Both the position numbers and the translations under genes were made by a program. Under the pieces are notes generated by a model. The model was not told the origin of the DNA and did no database searches. It worked only from the letters and a program-made list of their open reading frames with translations. 64,000 nt of DNA from positions 104,418-168,417 of the forward strand of contig CAYQIS010000001.1 of NCBI GenBank assembly GCA_964417645.1. Direction: 5' to 3'. The DNA comes from an uncultured Spirochaetia bacterium. Its GTDB lineage: Bacteria; Oederibacteriota; PGYV01. Shown here piece after piece: positions 10,248 through 18,781 of this stretch (its first letter is position 1; each line of letters opens with the position of its first letter).

Positions 10248-10523
10248 TTATTTTTTATCTTCCGGATAAATTGTAAGTGTAACGGCGCTTTTCCTTTCCC
10301 CGTCAATAACAAGATGGGTGAACCCGGGCTTACAATATATATCTTTATTTTCGGCCGCCATAAATTCCCTTGCTATTGCCGCAGCCTTAACAGTTTGATT
10401 CACCGCATTTGGCCCCATAGCCGTTATTTCAATATATTTTCCTTCACGTATATTATTTACAATTGATCCTGCGACCGATTTGGGATTGCTTACCGCGGAA
10501 ACTTTAAGCTTCATAAGTTCCAT
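10248..10523 (-). CDS. spoVS: stage V sporulation protein S family protein
   Basis: ...KLKVSAVSNPKSVAGSIVNNIREGKYIEITAMGPNAVNQTVKAAAIAREF... is collinear with SpoVS (about 86 aa). The start could instead be the internal Met at 10514. Confidence 0.8.
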   Translation of the reverse strand: MELMKLKVSAVSNPKSVAGSIVNNIREGKYIEITAMGPNAVNQTVKAAAIAREFMAAENKDIYCKPGFTHLVIDGERKSAVTLTIYPEDKK

Positions 10524-11367
10524 TTATTTTTTCCTCCTGTTGAGCCGTATGTGCCAATTTATAAACCCGGTTTTTGGAACAATTAAAAAAATCCGCCGTT
10601 TTTTTTATGGCGGAACTTCTTGAGTCACCGGATAAAATATATTCATTTAGCTTTTCAATTATAACATCATCTTTAATTTCCGCATTTTCAGAATAACCGC
10701 CGTCAATAACAATTACAAATTCACCTTTTTGCTTATCAGGGGTAAGTTCCTTCAACACAGAAGAAGCAGCTCCTCTGAATACACGCTCATGCACCTTTGT
10801 TATCTCTTTTATTACGCATAAACGCCTGTCAGGATATATTTTATCAACCAAAGAAAGCGTTTTTTCAATGCGCCCCGGCGCTTCAAACCACACGGAAACA
10901 ATTTCAAATTTTCCTGCAAATTTTATGTTTTCCTCGGCTTCTTTTTCCTTTTTAGGGACAAAACCCATAAAAATAAAACGTGAACAATCAAAACCGGATA
11001 CGGACAAAGCCGCCGTTACAGAGCTTGGCCCCGGTACGCTTATAACTTCAATGCCCATTTTTGCGCATTCATCCACTATTATATGTCCCGGATCTGATAT
11101 TAAAGGAGTCCCGGCATCACTTACAAGAGCCGCACTCTCTCCGTTTAAAATCTTGTCAATAATATTTTGAGTTCTGCTTTTTTCATTAAATTTATGATAA
11201 GAAATCAATTTTGCTTTTGCGGAGATGGCATTCATCAAACCCGCAGTAATTCTTGTGTCTTCGGCCAAAACAAAAGAAACAGAACCAAGAACCTCAACCA
11301 TTCTTTTCGAAATATCTGCCATATTTCCTATGGGTGTTGCAACAACATATAATTTACCTTTTCCCAA
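10504..11367 (-). CDS. rsmI: 16S rRNA (cytidine1402-2'-O)-methyltransferase
   Basis: MGKGKLYVVATPIGNMADISKRMVEVLGSVSFVLAEDTR is the RsmI/tetrapyrrole-methylase-fold N-terminus. 287 aa. Confidence 0.85.
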   Translation of the reverse strand: MGKGKLYVVATPIGNMADISKRMVEVLGSVSFVLAEDTRITAGLMNAISAKAKLISYHKFNEKSRTQNIIDKILNGESAALVSDAGTPLISDPGHIIVDECAKMGIEVISVPGPSSVTAALSVSGFDCSRFIFMGFVPKKEKEAEENIKFAGKFEIVSVWFEAPGRIEKTLSLVDKIYPDRRLCVIKEITKVHERVFRGAASSVLKELTPDKQKGEFVIVIDGGYSENAEIKDDVIIEKLNEYILSGDSRSSAIKKTADFFNCSKNRVYKLAHTAQQEEKINGTYEA

Positions 11368-11370
11368 ATT

Positions 11371-11868
11371 TCAATCCTGTAATTCCCTGCGCAGATTTTT
11401 TATTTCATCAAGAAGTCTGGCATTCTCGGCGCCTAGTGCCGATACAATCTTTCTTTCATTTTCAAGAAGCTGCTTTTGATAAGCTATCACATGTGTCTGT
11501 TTTATTTTACCCTGTCTAAACTCACCGGCACACCAGTCAAGCGCCAACGCGGAAGCCAATATAACAAAGGCTTCGGCAGCCAAAGGGGCTGTCAAATTTA
11601 AAATCTCATTCATATTAAAAGTTTTCTCGCCGTCTGAAATTACAATAAACTGTATCGCAAGAATTGAAAAGAAACCCATCATCAAAGTCAGCATAATATA
11701 CTTGCCTTCCATATGAACAAACAAAAGGGCCACAACAACCGCAAAAAGATGAAAAAAAACATGAGAGTTTGTATCCTGCTGCTGAATAAAAGCGGAAAGC
11801 GCAACACTGATAAAAAGCAGCATAAAAGCAACCGCGTTAAGAAAATTTTTATTATGCATAGTTTTCAC
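11371..11868 (-). CDS. hypothetical membrane protein with C-terminal coiled coil
   Basis: Four predicted TM helices followed by an amphipathic/coiled-coil tail (…LLENERKIVSALGAENARLLDEIKNLRRELQD). Overlaps the upstream GAF gene by 17 nt. Confidence 0.4.
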   Translation of the reverse strand: MKTMHNKNFLNAVAFMLLFISVALSAFIQQQDTNSHVFFHLFAVVVALLFVHMEGKYIMLTLMMGFFSILAIQFIVISDGEKTFNMNEILNLTAPLAAEAFVILASALALDWCAGEFRQGKIKQTHVIAYQKQLLENERKIVSALGAENARLLDEIKNLRRELQD

Positions 11869-12754
11869 CTTTTAAAACATTCGAGATAACCGCGGCCACC
11901 ATATCAAGAAATCTTAAATCTTCCTGATTGAAACCCTGCGGATCTTTTGATGAGACCCTCATAATTCCCACAACTTCATCGCCGATGAAAACCGGCACAC
12001 TGATCAACGACCTTATGTTATTTTCGTTTTCAGATTTAAACCTGACCTCTTTCGTCATATCGGTTATTATTATTGATTTTTTATTCTTAACAACCCATTC
12101 ATCAAAACTCTTAAGATAAAGAGATTCCTGGTCTCTTTCGCCAAAAGCCATATCGCTTTCTTTGTCCGCAGTAACCTTCATTGATTTATTTTCTTTTAAC
12201 AAAAACAAAGTGACACTTTGTTCAGAATGGAACATTTCAATTAAATTTCTCATTAAATATCTTAACTTTTCCGCAAAATTCCCCTGCGAAACAAGACCTT
12301 CACGAATCTGTTTAAGCTTAAGATATTTTGATAATTTTAATTTATTGAATTCAATACCTGTTTCAAGATTCTTTTTTTCTATTATAAGAGAATCATATTC
12401 GGCTTCCATTGATTTCATGGTGTCATTTAAGGAATTAATTTTATAGCTGTGCATATCCTTTCCCGCTTTTACCACCCAAAAAGCAACCAATATCACGCCA
12501 ATATCAATTAATACGGGATATAAAGGGAGAGATGCTCCCATTATCTTAAGCGTTCCAATAATAAAACCTGCTGCAGTAATCGAGAAAATCGCGGTAACCG
12601 CACCTGTTCCCATTGTTGCCGCCGATATCATAACAGGATAAGCAAAAGAAAAAAGTACAACTCCGGTCCAGCTTACAGGTACAATAAAGGCGGCAAAAAT
12701 AAACGCCGCAGCCGAAATCCACGCCGATATTCTTATCAATATACCGGCTTTCAT
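11852..12754 (-). CDS. membrane-anchored GAF-domain protein (sensor domain only)
   Basis: N-terminal roughly 100 aa of TM helices, a coiled-coil linker, and a C-terminal GAF-like fold (…LISVPVFIGDEVVGIMRVSSKDPQGFNQEDLRFLDMVAAVISNVL). No kinase, cyclase or DNA-binding output is present. Confidence 0.5.
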   Translation of the reverse strand: MKAGILIRISAWISAAAFIFAAFIVPVSWTGVVLFSFAYPVMISAATMGTGAVTAIFSITAAGFIIGTLKIMGASLPLYPVLIDIGVILVAFWVVKAGKDMHSYKINSLNDTMKSMEAEYDSLIIEKKNLETGIEFNKLKLSKYLKLKQIREGLVSQGNFAEKLRYLMRNLIEMFHSEQSVTLFLLKENKSMKVTADKESDMAFGERDQESLYLKSFDEWVVKNKKSIIITDMTKEVRFKSENENNIRSLISVPVFIGDEVVGIMRVSSKDPQGFNQEDLRFLDMVAAVISNVLKGENYA

Positions 12755-12757
12755 ATT

Positions 12758-13612
12758 TTATTCACCCATCTCATCCAGCACTTTAAGGTTTTCCCTTGCG
12801 GTTTTATCCATAGGTTTTAATTCAATTACTTTGGCCCATTGTTCTCTTGCAAGCTTATAATTGCCCATACTGAAATAAGCGTTGCCAAGATTATTAAGTA
12901 TTTCCGTTTTGTCGGGCGCAAGCTGTACAGCCTGTTTTAATACATTAACCGCATCTCCATATTTTTTCATTTTTATCAATATGCCGCCCAAATTATTATG
13001 CGCCATTGCATCGGTTGGGTTCAGCCTTATCAACTGCTCAAATGCCCTTACAGCTTCTTCAAATCTTCCTTTGGTAAAATAAGCCATGCCAAGTTTTTTA
13101 TAAACAAGATCATCGGTAGGATTCTTGTCAATCACAAACTCAAGTTCCGGTATTCCCGCATCAAGATCCTTCTCCGAAATATAAGCAAGTCCAAGCCTTT
13201 TCCTTGCTTCAATATTTCCGGGATTAAGCGCCGTACATTTTTTCCAAAGCTCTATTGCATCTTTGGTTTTGCCTTTGTCAAATTCTTCTTTACCCAAAGT
13301 AAGATAAGACGCTTCCAGTTTTGCCCTTACTTCTTCATAAGCGGGTTTTAGATTAAGCGCCACTTCCCACTCCGATATTGCTTCTATAAGCATACCTTTG
13401 TCCGCAAATACATCACCGAGTGATTTTCTCACAACAGGATCCGAAGGATTTATTGAAAGAGAAAGCTGGAATTCTTCAATTGCGTCATCAAGTTTTCCCG
13501 CATTATAGTACTCCACACCCATTTCGTAATGCGAAGCCGTTGAAGCACATCCCGAAAACAATATTGCGCCAAACAACGCCGCAACCGCGGCAATAAAAAA
13601 GCCTTTTTTCAT
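12758..13612 (-). CDS. TPR-repeat lipoprotein
   Basis: Signal peptide with lipobox (LFSGC|AS). About seven TPR units follow (…AIEEFQLSLSINPSDP…, …ALNLKPAYEE…, etc.). Confidence 0.6.
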   Translation of the reverse strand: MKKGFFIAAVAALFGAILFSGCASTASHYEMGVEYYNAGKLDDAIEEFQLSLSINPSDPVVRKSLGDVFADKGMLIEAISEWEVALNLKPAYEEVRAKLEASYLTLGKEEFDKGKTKDAIELWKKCTALNPGNIEARKRLGLAYISEKDLDAGIPELEFVIDKNPTDDLVYKKLGMAYFTKGRFEEAVRAFEQLIRLNPTDAMAHNNLGGILIKMKKYGDAVNVLKQAVQLAPDKTEILNNLGNAYFSMGNYKLAREQWAKVIELKPMDKTARENLKVLDEMGE

Positions 13613-13724
13613 AAAACCTCCATTTTATTCTCGGCTTTAAACGTTTTTTTAATCTTAACACAAGCCTTATTTTTGTCAATAAACACAAAATATGTTTATT
13701 TTTAAGCATTATGTCTTTTTACAT

Positions 13725-13754
13725 TTGACACTTATACGCACATTATGGTATAAA
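13725..13754 (+). promoter_or_regulatory. candidate sigma70 promoter for rpmB (extended -10)
   Basis: TTGACA at 13725-13730, an 18-nt spacer, TGg then TATAAA at 13746-13754. AAGGAGG RBS at about 13776-13782, 7 nt before the rpmB ATG. Confidence 0.4.
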
Positions 13755-13789
13755 TTTTAAACAATTTTAAGATAAGAAGGAGGCTTCAA

Positions 13790-13981
13790 ATGGCCAAAAA
13801 ATGCTTAATATGCGATAAACATGTGGTAACCGGGAACAATGTTTCTCACGCAAAAAACAGAACCAAAAAAAGAATACAGCCAAATTTAAAAAGAGTAAAA
13901 ATGATTGTTAACGGCAGGGTTGTTCGTGACTGGGCATGCACAAGGTGCATTCGCTCCGGCAAAGTCAAAAAAGCCGCTTAA
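13790..13981 (+). CDS. rpmB: 50S ribosomal protein L28
   Basis: MAKKCLICDKHVVTGNNVSHAKNRTKKRIQPNLKRVKMIVNGRVVRDWACTRCIRSGKVKKAA is a full-length L28. Strong RBS. Confidence 0.9.
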   Translation: MAKKCLICDKHVVTGNNVSHAKNRTKKRIQPNLKRVKMIVNGRVVRDWACTRCIRSGKVKKAA

Positions 13982-13991
13982 AAATTATAAA

Positions 13992-14029
13992 AAGCCTGTA
14001 TGCCGAAAGACATACAGGCTTTTTTATTT
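13992..14029. terminator. bidirectional Rho-independent terminator between rpmB (+) and relA (-)
   Basis: Perfect 10-bp stem agcctgtatg/catacaggct (13993-14002 and 14011-14020) with loop ccgaaaga. Flanked by an A-run upstream and TTTTTATTTT downstream, so it works in both orientations. Confidence 0.65.
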
Positions 14030-14047
14030 TAAAACCCGCGCGGCCAA

Positions 14048-16225
14048 TTAATCCTGCCTCTGCACTTCATCAACACCCTTTATTTTTTTGATGGATGTAA
14101 TCAGCTCCGAAACATGCTGCTGCCCTCTTACCTTAACGCTTACATCTATAACCATTGTATTTCCCGCATTTACCGCGGAACTCAATGAAATTATATATGC
14201 ATTATTGCCGCTTAAAGTATTAAGCACATCATGCACAACACCGTCTCTGTTCTTTGAACTTATTTTAAGCCTGCATACATAATAACTCTCCACAGATTCA
14301 TTCCACGCAACAGGAACCAAAGGCGCGCTAATTTTGTTAAGTATCAGATTTTTACAGTTTGTTCTGTGTATGGAAAGCCCCTTCTTAGTGAATACAGCCG
14401 TTATCATATCTCCCGGAACGGGCGTGCAGCATTTTGCCAATTTATAAGAAATATCAGAATATTCACCCTGTACAATTATCTCGCCTTTTAAAGCGTGTTT
14501 TTCAATCTGCTGTTTTGTTTTTTCCGAAAGCTGCTCCGGCTTTGACTCGCTTATTTCTTTCTGTCTCTTTTCTTCAACAATATACTTTTTTATATAATTC
14601 GCAACCCTGTTATCGGAAAACTCGCCGCTGCCTATACCGGAATACAAATCTTTTACATCTTTAAGATTATAATTATCCAATATTTTTTTTATAATTCCGG
14701 CGGTAACCTGCGCAGATTCAATTCCCATAGCCGCAACCCTTCTTTCAAGCATTGATTTCCCTTTTTGTATATTTTCTTCATCACCTTGATTTGTCCTTAG
14801 CCAATGCCGTATTCTGTTCTTTGCTTTTGTCGTTTTAACAAATTTAAGCCAGTCTATTGACGGGTGCTGGTTCTGTCCGGTAATTATTTCTATTATGTCC
14901 CCGTTCTTGGGCTCATATTTAAGCGTTACAAGTTTCCCGTTAACCTTTGCCCCCACGCACTTGTCCCCCAAATCCGAATGCACGCTGTACGCAAAATCCA
15001 GCACGGTGGAGCCTTTTACAAGTTCTTTAACTTCGCCTTTTGGCGTAAATACAAAAACCTCTTCGTCAAACAGGTCAACTTTAAGATCCGAAACAAAATC
15101 CTCGCTGTCACGGCCGCTTGTATTCCAGTCCAGAAGCTGTTTAACCCACATATATGCTCCGTCATTTTTGCTGTCAAATTCTCTTTCTTCCTTATAACTC
15201 CAATGGGCTGCAATTCCGTCTTCGGCAACAACATCCATTTCTTTTGTCCTTATTTGAAATTCAACAGGCCTGCCTTTTTCATCAAGCACGGTGGTATGAA
15301 GCGAACGATACATATTTTGTTTTGGCATTGCAATATAATCTTTAAACCTTCCGGGTATTGGTTTAAAAATAGTGTGAATTATTCCAAGGGCGGAATAACA
15401 CCCGGCCTGACTGTCGGTTATAACTCTTAATGCAATCAAATCGTAAATACTTTCAAAAGGTCTGTTATCCCTTGTCATCTTATTGTAAATACTGTAGAAG
15501 TGTTTTGATCTTCCGAAAACTTCGGCTTTTATTCCGGCTTTTACCAATTCCGCAATCACCGAAAGTTTTATTTTCTCTATTCTTTTTTCTCTTTCTTCCT
15601 TTTTCTCAGCCACTTTTTCCGCAATTTCCCTGTAAGCCTGCGGGTTAAGAACGGAAAAAGCGATATCTTCAAGTTCCGATTTTACTTTGCTCATTCCCAG
15701 CCTGTGCGCCAGCGGAGCATATATTCCAAGAGTTTCCTGAGCTATTATCTTACGTCTTTCTTCGGGCAGGTATTTTATGGTCCTCATATTGTGAAGCCTG
15801 TCCGCAAGCTTAATTATTATTACCCTGATATCCTTCGACATTGCCAAAAACATTTTTTTTAAGGCATCTCCAAAAACCTGGCCTTTTGACCTGAAAACCT
15901 TTGCGGTAACATGTGATACGCCTTCAACAAGAAAAGCAACCTTTTCCCCTGCAAATTTTTTTATATCGTCTATCGTATAGTTTGTGTCTTCAATAACATC
16001 ATGCAAAAAACCGGCGGCAACAGTTACCGCATCCATTTTAAGTTCTTTTAATATGCCGGCAACTTCAACGGAGTGAACAATATAAGGCTCGCCTGACATT
16101 CTTTTTTGTCCTTCATGCGCTTTTTTTGCAAAATCAAAAGATTTAAGAAGCAATTCCCTGCCTTTTATTTCAAATCCTTCAACTATCCGCGATACTTTTT
16201 GTTCAAAATCAGGTGTGTCATCCAT
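14048..16225 (-). CDS. relA: bifunctional (p)ppGpp synthetase/hydrolase RelA/SpoT family
   Basis: 725 aa. N-terminal HD hydrolase motif (…GFLHDVIEDT…), synthetase domain (…DLIALRVI…), then TGS and ACT-like C-terminal domains. Confidence 0.9.
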   Translation of the reverse strand: MDDTPDFEQKVSRIVEGFEIKGRELLLKSFDFAKKAHEGQKRMSGEPYIVHSVEVAGILKELKMDAVTVAAGFLHDVIEDTNYTIDDIKKFAGEKVAFLVEGVSHVTAKVFRSKGQVFGDALKKMFLAMSKDIRVIIIKLADRLHNMRTIKYLPEERRKIIAQETLGIYAPLAHRLGMSKVKSELEDIAFSVLNPQAYREIAEKVAEKKEEREKRIEKIKLSVIAELVKAGIKAEVFGRSKHFYSIYNKMTRDNRPFESIYDLIALRVITDSQAGCYSALGIIHTIFKPIPGRFKDYIAMPKQNMYRSLHTTVLDEKGRPVEFQIRTKEMDVVAEDGIAAHWSYKEEREFDSKNDGAYMWVKQLLDWNTSGRDSEDFVSDLKVDLFDEEVFVFTPKGEVKELVKGSTVLDFAYSVHSDLGDKCVGAKVNGKLVTLKYEPKNGDIIEIITGQNQHPSIDWLKFVKTTKAKNRIRHWLRTNQGDEENIQKGKSMLERRVAAMGIESAQVTAGIIKKILDNYNLKDVKDLYSGIGSGEFSDNRVANYIKKYIVEEKRQKEISESKPEQLSEKTKQQIEKHALKGEIIVQGEYSDISYKLAKCCTPVPGDMITAVFTKKGLSIHRTNCKNLILNKISAPLVPVAWNESVESYYVCRLKISSKNRDGVVHDVLNTLSGNNAYIISLSSAVNAGNTMVIDVSVKVRGQQHVSELITSIKKIKGVDEVQRQD

Positions 16226-16877
16226 TTACAATCTTCTCCGCCTCATCATTTAAATCTTTAAGCTCATTGATTTTTTCCATTCTTAATCTCTCCATTTCTT
16301 CATCGCTTATATCGCTTTTAACATAAAATGGTTTTCCAAAAAAAAATCCGCCCGATGAAAATGGCAGCGGGATTTCCATCCTGTCCCATGAACGAAGCTT
16401 TATTTTTTTTGCGCAGGCAAACCCCACCATAACAACAGGTTTTCCGGTTAACTTGGCAACAGCCAAAACTCCCGGTTTCACATCTCCTCTTGGTCCCCTT
16501 GGTCCGTCAACCGTAATTGCTGCATCATACCCCGCATCAATAAATTTGACAATTTCCATAATCCCTTTGGCTCCGCCCCTGGTTGTGCTTCCTCTGGCTG
16601 TCTTTATTCCAAATAAACCCGCGGCTTTTGCGGCAATTTCACCGTCTTTATGAGAAGAGGCAAGCGAAACAATTTTTCCACCCCTGTAATAATAAATTGT
16701 GGGAATAATGTGGCTGTGCATAAAGCCATAAATATACTGCCCTGTTTTGCCTTTCTTGGGTTCAGCGCCGTTTTCAGTAAATTCTTTAAATCTCCATGTA
16801 AAACCTATGAAACGAACAAACAAAGCAATTAAAGAAACCGCCATATTGATAATTGTTGTCTCAATAAAATTTTTCAT
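16218..16877 (-). CDS. DUF374 / lysophospholipid acyltransferase-family protein
   Basis: 219 aa, similar to the DUF374 family found next to lipid A/KDO genes (…GFMHSHIIPTIYYYRGGKIVSLASSHKDGEIAAKAAGLFGIKTARGSTTRGG…). Overlaps relA by 8 nt. Confidence 0.6.
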   Translation of the reverse strand: MKNFIETTIINMAVSLIALFVRFIGFTWRFKEFTENGAEPKKGKTGQYIYGFMHSHIIPTIYYYRGGKIVSLASSHKDGEIAAKAAGLFGIKTARGSTTRGGAKGIMEIVKFIDAGYDAAITVDGPRGPRGDVKPGVLAVAKLTGKPVVMVGFACAKKIKLRSWDRMEIPLPFSSGGFFFGKPFYVKSDISDEEMERLRMEKINELKDLNDEAEKIVNG

Positions 16878-16891
16878 TTTTCTCCAAAAAA

Positions 16892-16938
16892 AAAGCGACG
16901 GAGCTCAACACCAAAGTGTAAGCGCCGCCGCTTTTTTT
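16892..16938 (-). terminator. Rho-independent terminator after the LysM gene, immediately upstream of the DUF374 RBS
   Basis: Imperfect GC-rich hairpin (aaagcgacggagc / gcgccgccgcttt, 11 of 13 bp) with T-runs on both strands. On the minus strand it is followed by TTTTTTTTT and then GGAGaaaaATG of DUF374. Confidence 0.45.
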
Positions 16939-16949
16939 AAATAATAATT

Positions 16950-17681
16950 TCAGCTTAAAATGTTATCATCCTTTTTTTCCGCCGCCATATTTTCTTCTTC
17001 CTCTTCTTCTTTTTTCTTTTTCTGGAAGAAAACATACATTGCAGCAACACCGGCCACCAGAAGAAGCAGTATTATAAGTACGCCGCCGTTAATTCCGCCT
17101 TTTTTCTTGGCTTTTGCAGCCGGAGCGGCAGGCTCCGGAACTGAAGGCATTTCCTCTGAAACCTGGGTTTCACCTGCAGAAGATGATTCCTGGCGCTGTT
17201 CAATTTTTTCCGATGCAGCTTTGGATTTTTTTTCAACAATTATATCTCTGCTTTCCATCCCGGCAACAGAACCGCTTTCTATTGTTTCAGCTGATGCAGC
17301 CTCTTTTGGCGGATAATTAAGTTCTTCAGCGCGCTTTATTGCTTCTTCAATTTTTGCGGCATCAACATCTCTTGGTATTATAAGCCTTGTTCCTTCGGAA
17401 AGCTTTTCATAAGAATCAAGTATATCCCTGTTGGCATCGTATATCAAAGGCCACTGATACTTATTTCCGTATATCTCTGATTTTGCGGCAATGCCATATA
17501 TGGTGTCTCCGCTTTCAACAACATAGGTATTTGGGAGGTTTTCCTTGTTTGCCTGCTGGGCTTCACCTGCGGCCTGCCCGGCCGCATCACCTGCGCTGTT
17601 TATCTGCTGGCTGCCGCCGCATCCCGTAATAATAAATGCAGCGAAAACAGCCAGTACAGTTAAAACAAGAATTTTCTTCAT
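16950..17681 (-). CDS. LysM-domain lipoprotein with C-terminal TM segment and poly-Lys/Glu tail
   Basis: Lipobox (…IITGC|GG). LysM motif (YVVESGDTIYGIAAKS…RLIIP). Then a Pro/Ala/Glu-rich linker, a hydrophobic helix (GVLIILLLLVAGVAAMYVFF) and a KKKKEEEEEE tail. Confidence 0.65.
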   Translation of the reverse strand: MKKILVLTVLAVFAAFIITGCGGSQQINSAGDAAGQAAGEAQQANKENLPNTYVVESGDTIYGIAAKSEIYGNKYQWPLIYDANRDILDSYEKLSEGTRLIIPRDVDAAKIEEAIKRAEELNYPPKEAASAETIESGSVAGMESRDIIVEKKSKAASEKIEQRQESSSAGETQVSEEMPSVPEPAAPAAKAKKKGGINGGVLIILLLLVAGVAAMYVFFQKKKKEEEEEENMAAEKKDDNILS

Positions 17682-17779
17682 ATTTCACTGTCCTCCTCAA
17701 GGTTTAATTTAACAAAATAATAAAATTTTAACAAATTATAACACTTTGAAATATTATGTCAAGTATGCCGGCTACAAAT

Positions 17780-18781
17780 CTAGAACCTTACAAAAAGTCC
17801 AATTTTCTGATTTAATCCAAGTTCCCCGAAAGGCAATATAGTGTAATCAAATTCGTATTCTGTTGCATCAAACTTTATGCCAAGCCCAAGGCCGGCGGTA
17901 AATCCGGAAAAAGATCTTGCTTCAGGATTAAAATTGCTTCCAAACCTTATCCCAAAAGTATAATTTTCTATCTTTTGAAAGAAATCAATTCCGGCCCTTA
18001 AATTAATTCCATTTCCCAAATTGTAATCGGTGTCGGCCATAATAATCAATCTGTTATTAATGCTTACAATATTCATAAATTCGGCAGAAGCCCCAAATAC
18101 CGCGGTTAAAGGTGTAATACCCGCCGTAAAACTTGTGCCAAGATTTCTTGCCGAAAATCCCAAAAGAACTTTATGCAAAAGAAATTCCCCGCGATTTGAC
18201 ATAAAATCAGAATCTTCAATCAAAATCGTATATATGGCTCCGGCATCAAGTGAAACCGACATATTTTCATATACCCCGGCAAGCGATTCACCTGTAAATT
18301 TAAAAGCAAATCCCACATTTAAATCCTTTGTAAAATCATTATAAATCCATTTTTCAAAATCGATGCCGTAGCCCGCAGAAGCAAGATAATTAAATCCTTT
18401 TAATTCTGTTCCTCTGCCCATATAATTTCCCTGATTATCTTCAAGTGTGCTTGTTATACTTCCTGTATCAAGGTACTTTATGCTTACGGCAAAATTTCCA
18501 GCATCCCCCATTGACGAAGCGAAATAAAGCGAATCAAAAAAAGTATCCTGAAAATATAAATCATGCACAAATAAAAATTCTGATTTTTTTACAAATGATA
18601 TTCCTGCCGGATTACCGTCCAAAGAATCCGCTCCCAAAACATAAGCGGCCGAAACTCCGCCAACCGCCTGAGACCTTATACCTGCCGGAACTTTTAATAT
18701 GTCAACAGCTGCAGTTCCGGCCGCCGCTAAAGCCCAACAAGGCAGCGCAAAAACGATTAATAAAATCAAAAATTTTTTCAT
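17780..18781 (-). CDS. PorV/PorQ-family-like outer-membrane beta-barrel protein (T9SS cargo-shuttle homolog candidate)
   Basis: Signal peptide, then AGTAAVDILKVPAGIRSQAVGGVSAAYVLGADSLDGNPAGIS. This fits the conserved N-terminal motif of PorV/PorQ (UPF0164) barrels: L.I..aR..a.G..Gva...Da.s...NPAg. C-terminal ...GLFVRF ends in Phe. Its ATG overlaps the stop of the giant CTD-bearing gene (ATGA). Confidence 0.5.
   Translation of the reverse strand: MKKFLILLIVFALPCWALAAAGTAAVDILKVPAGIRSQAVGGVSAAYVLGADSLDGNPAGISFVKKSEFLFVHDLYFQDTFFDSLYFASSMGDAGNFAVSIKYLDTGSITSTLEDNQGNYMGRGTELKGFNYLASAGYGIDFEKWIYNDFTKDLNVGFAFKFTGESLAGVYENMSVSLDAGAIYTILIEDSDFMSNRGEFLLHKVLLGFSARNLGTSFTAGITPLTAVFGASAEFMNIVSINNRLIIMADTDYNLGNGINLRAGIDFFQKIENYTFGIRFGSNFNPEARSFSGFTAGLGLGIKFDATEYEFDYTILPFGELGLNQKIGLFVRF

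Noticed and set aside
14864-15430. 188-aa plus-strand ORF inside relA
   Set aside because: It is antisense to a clearly conserved RelA/SpoT coding region and has no independent support.
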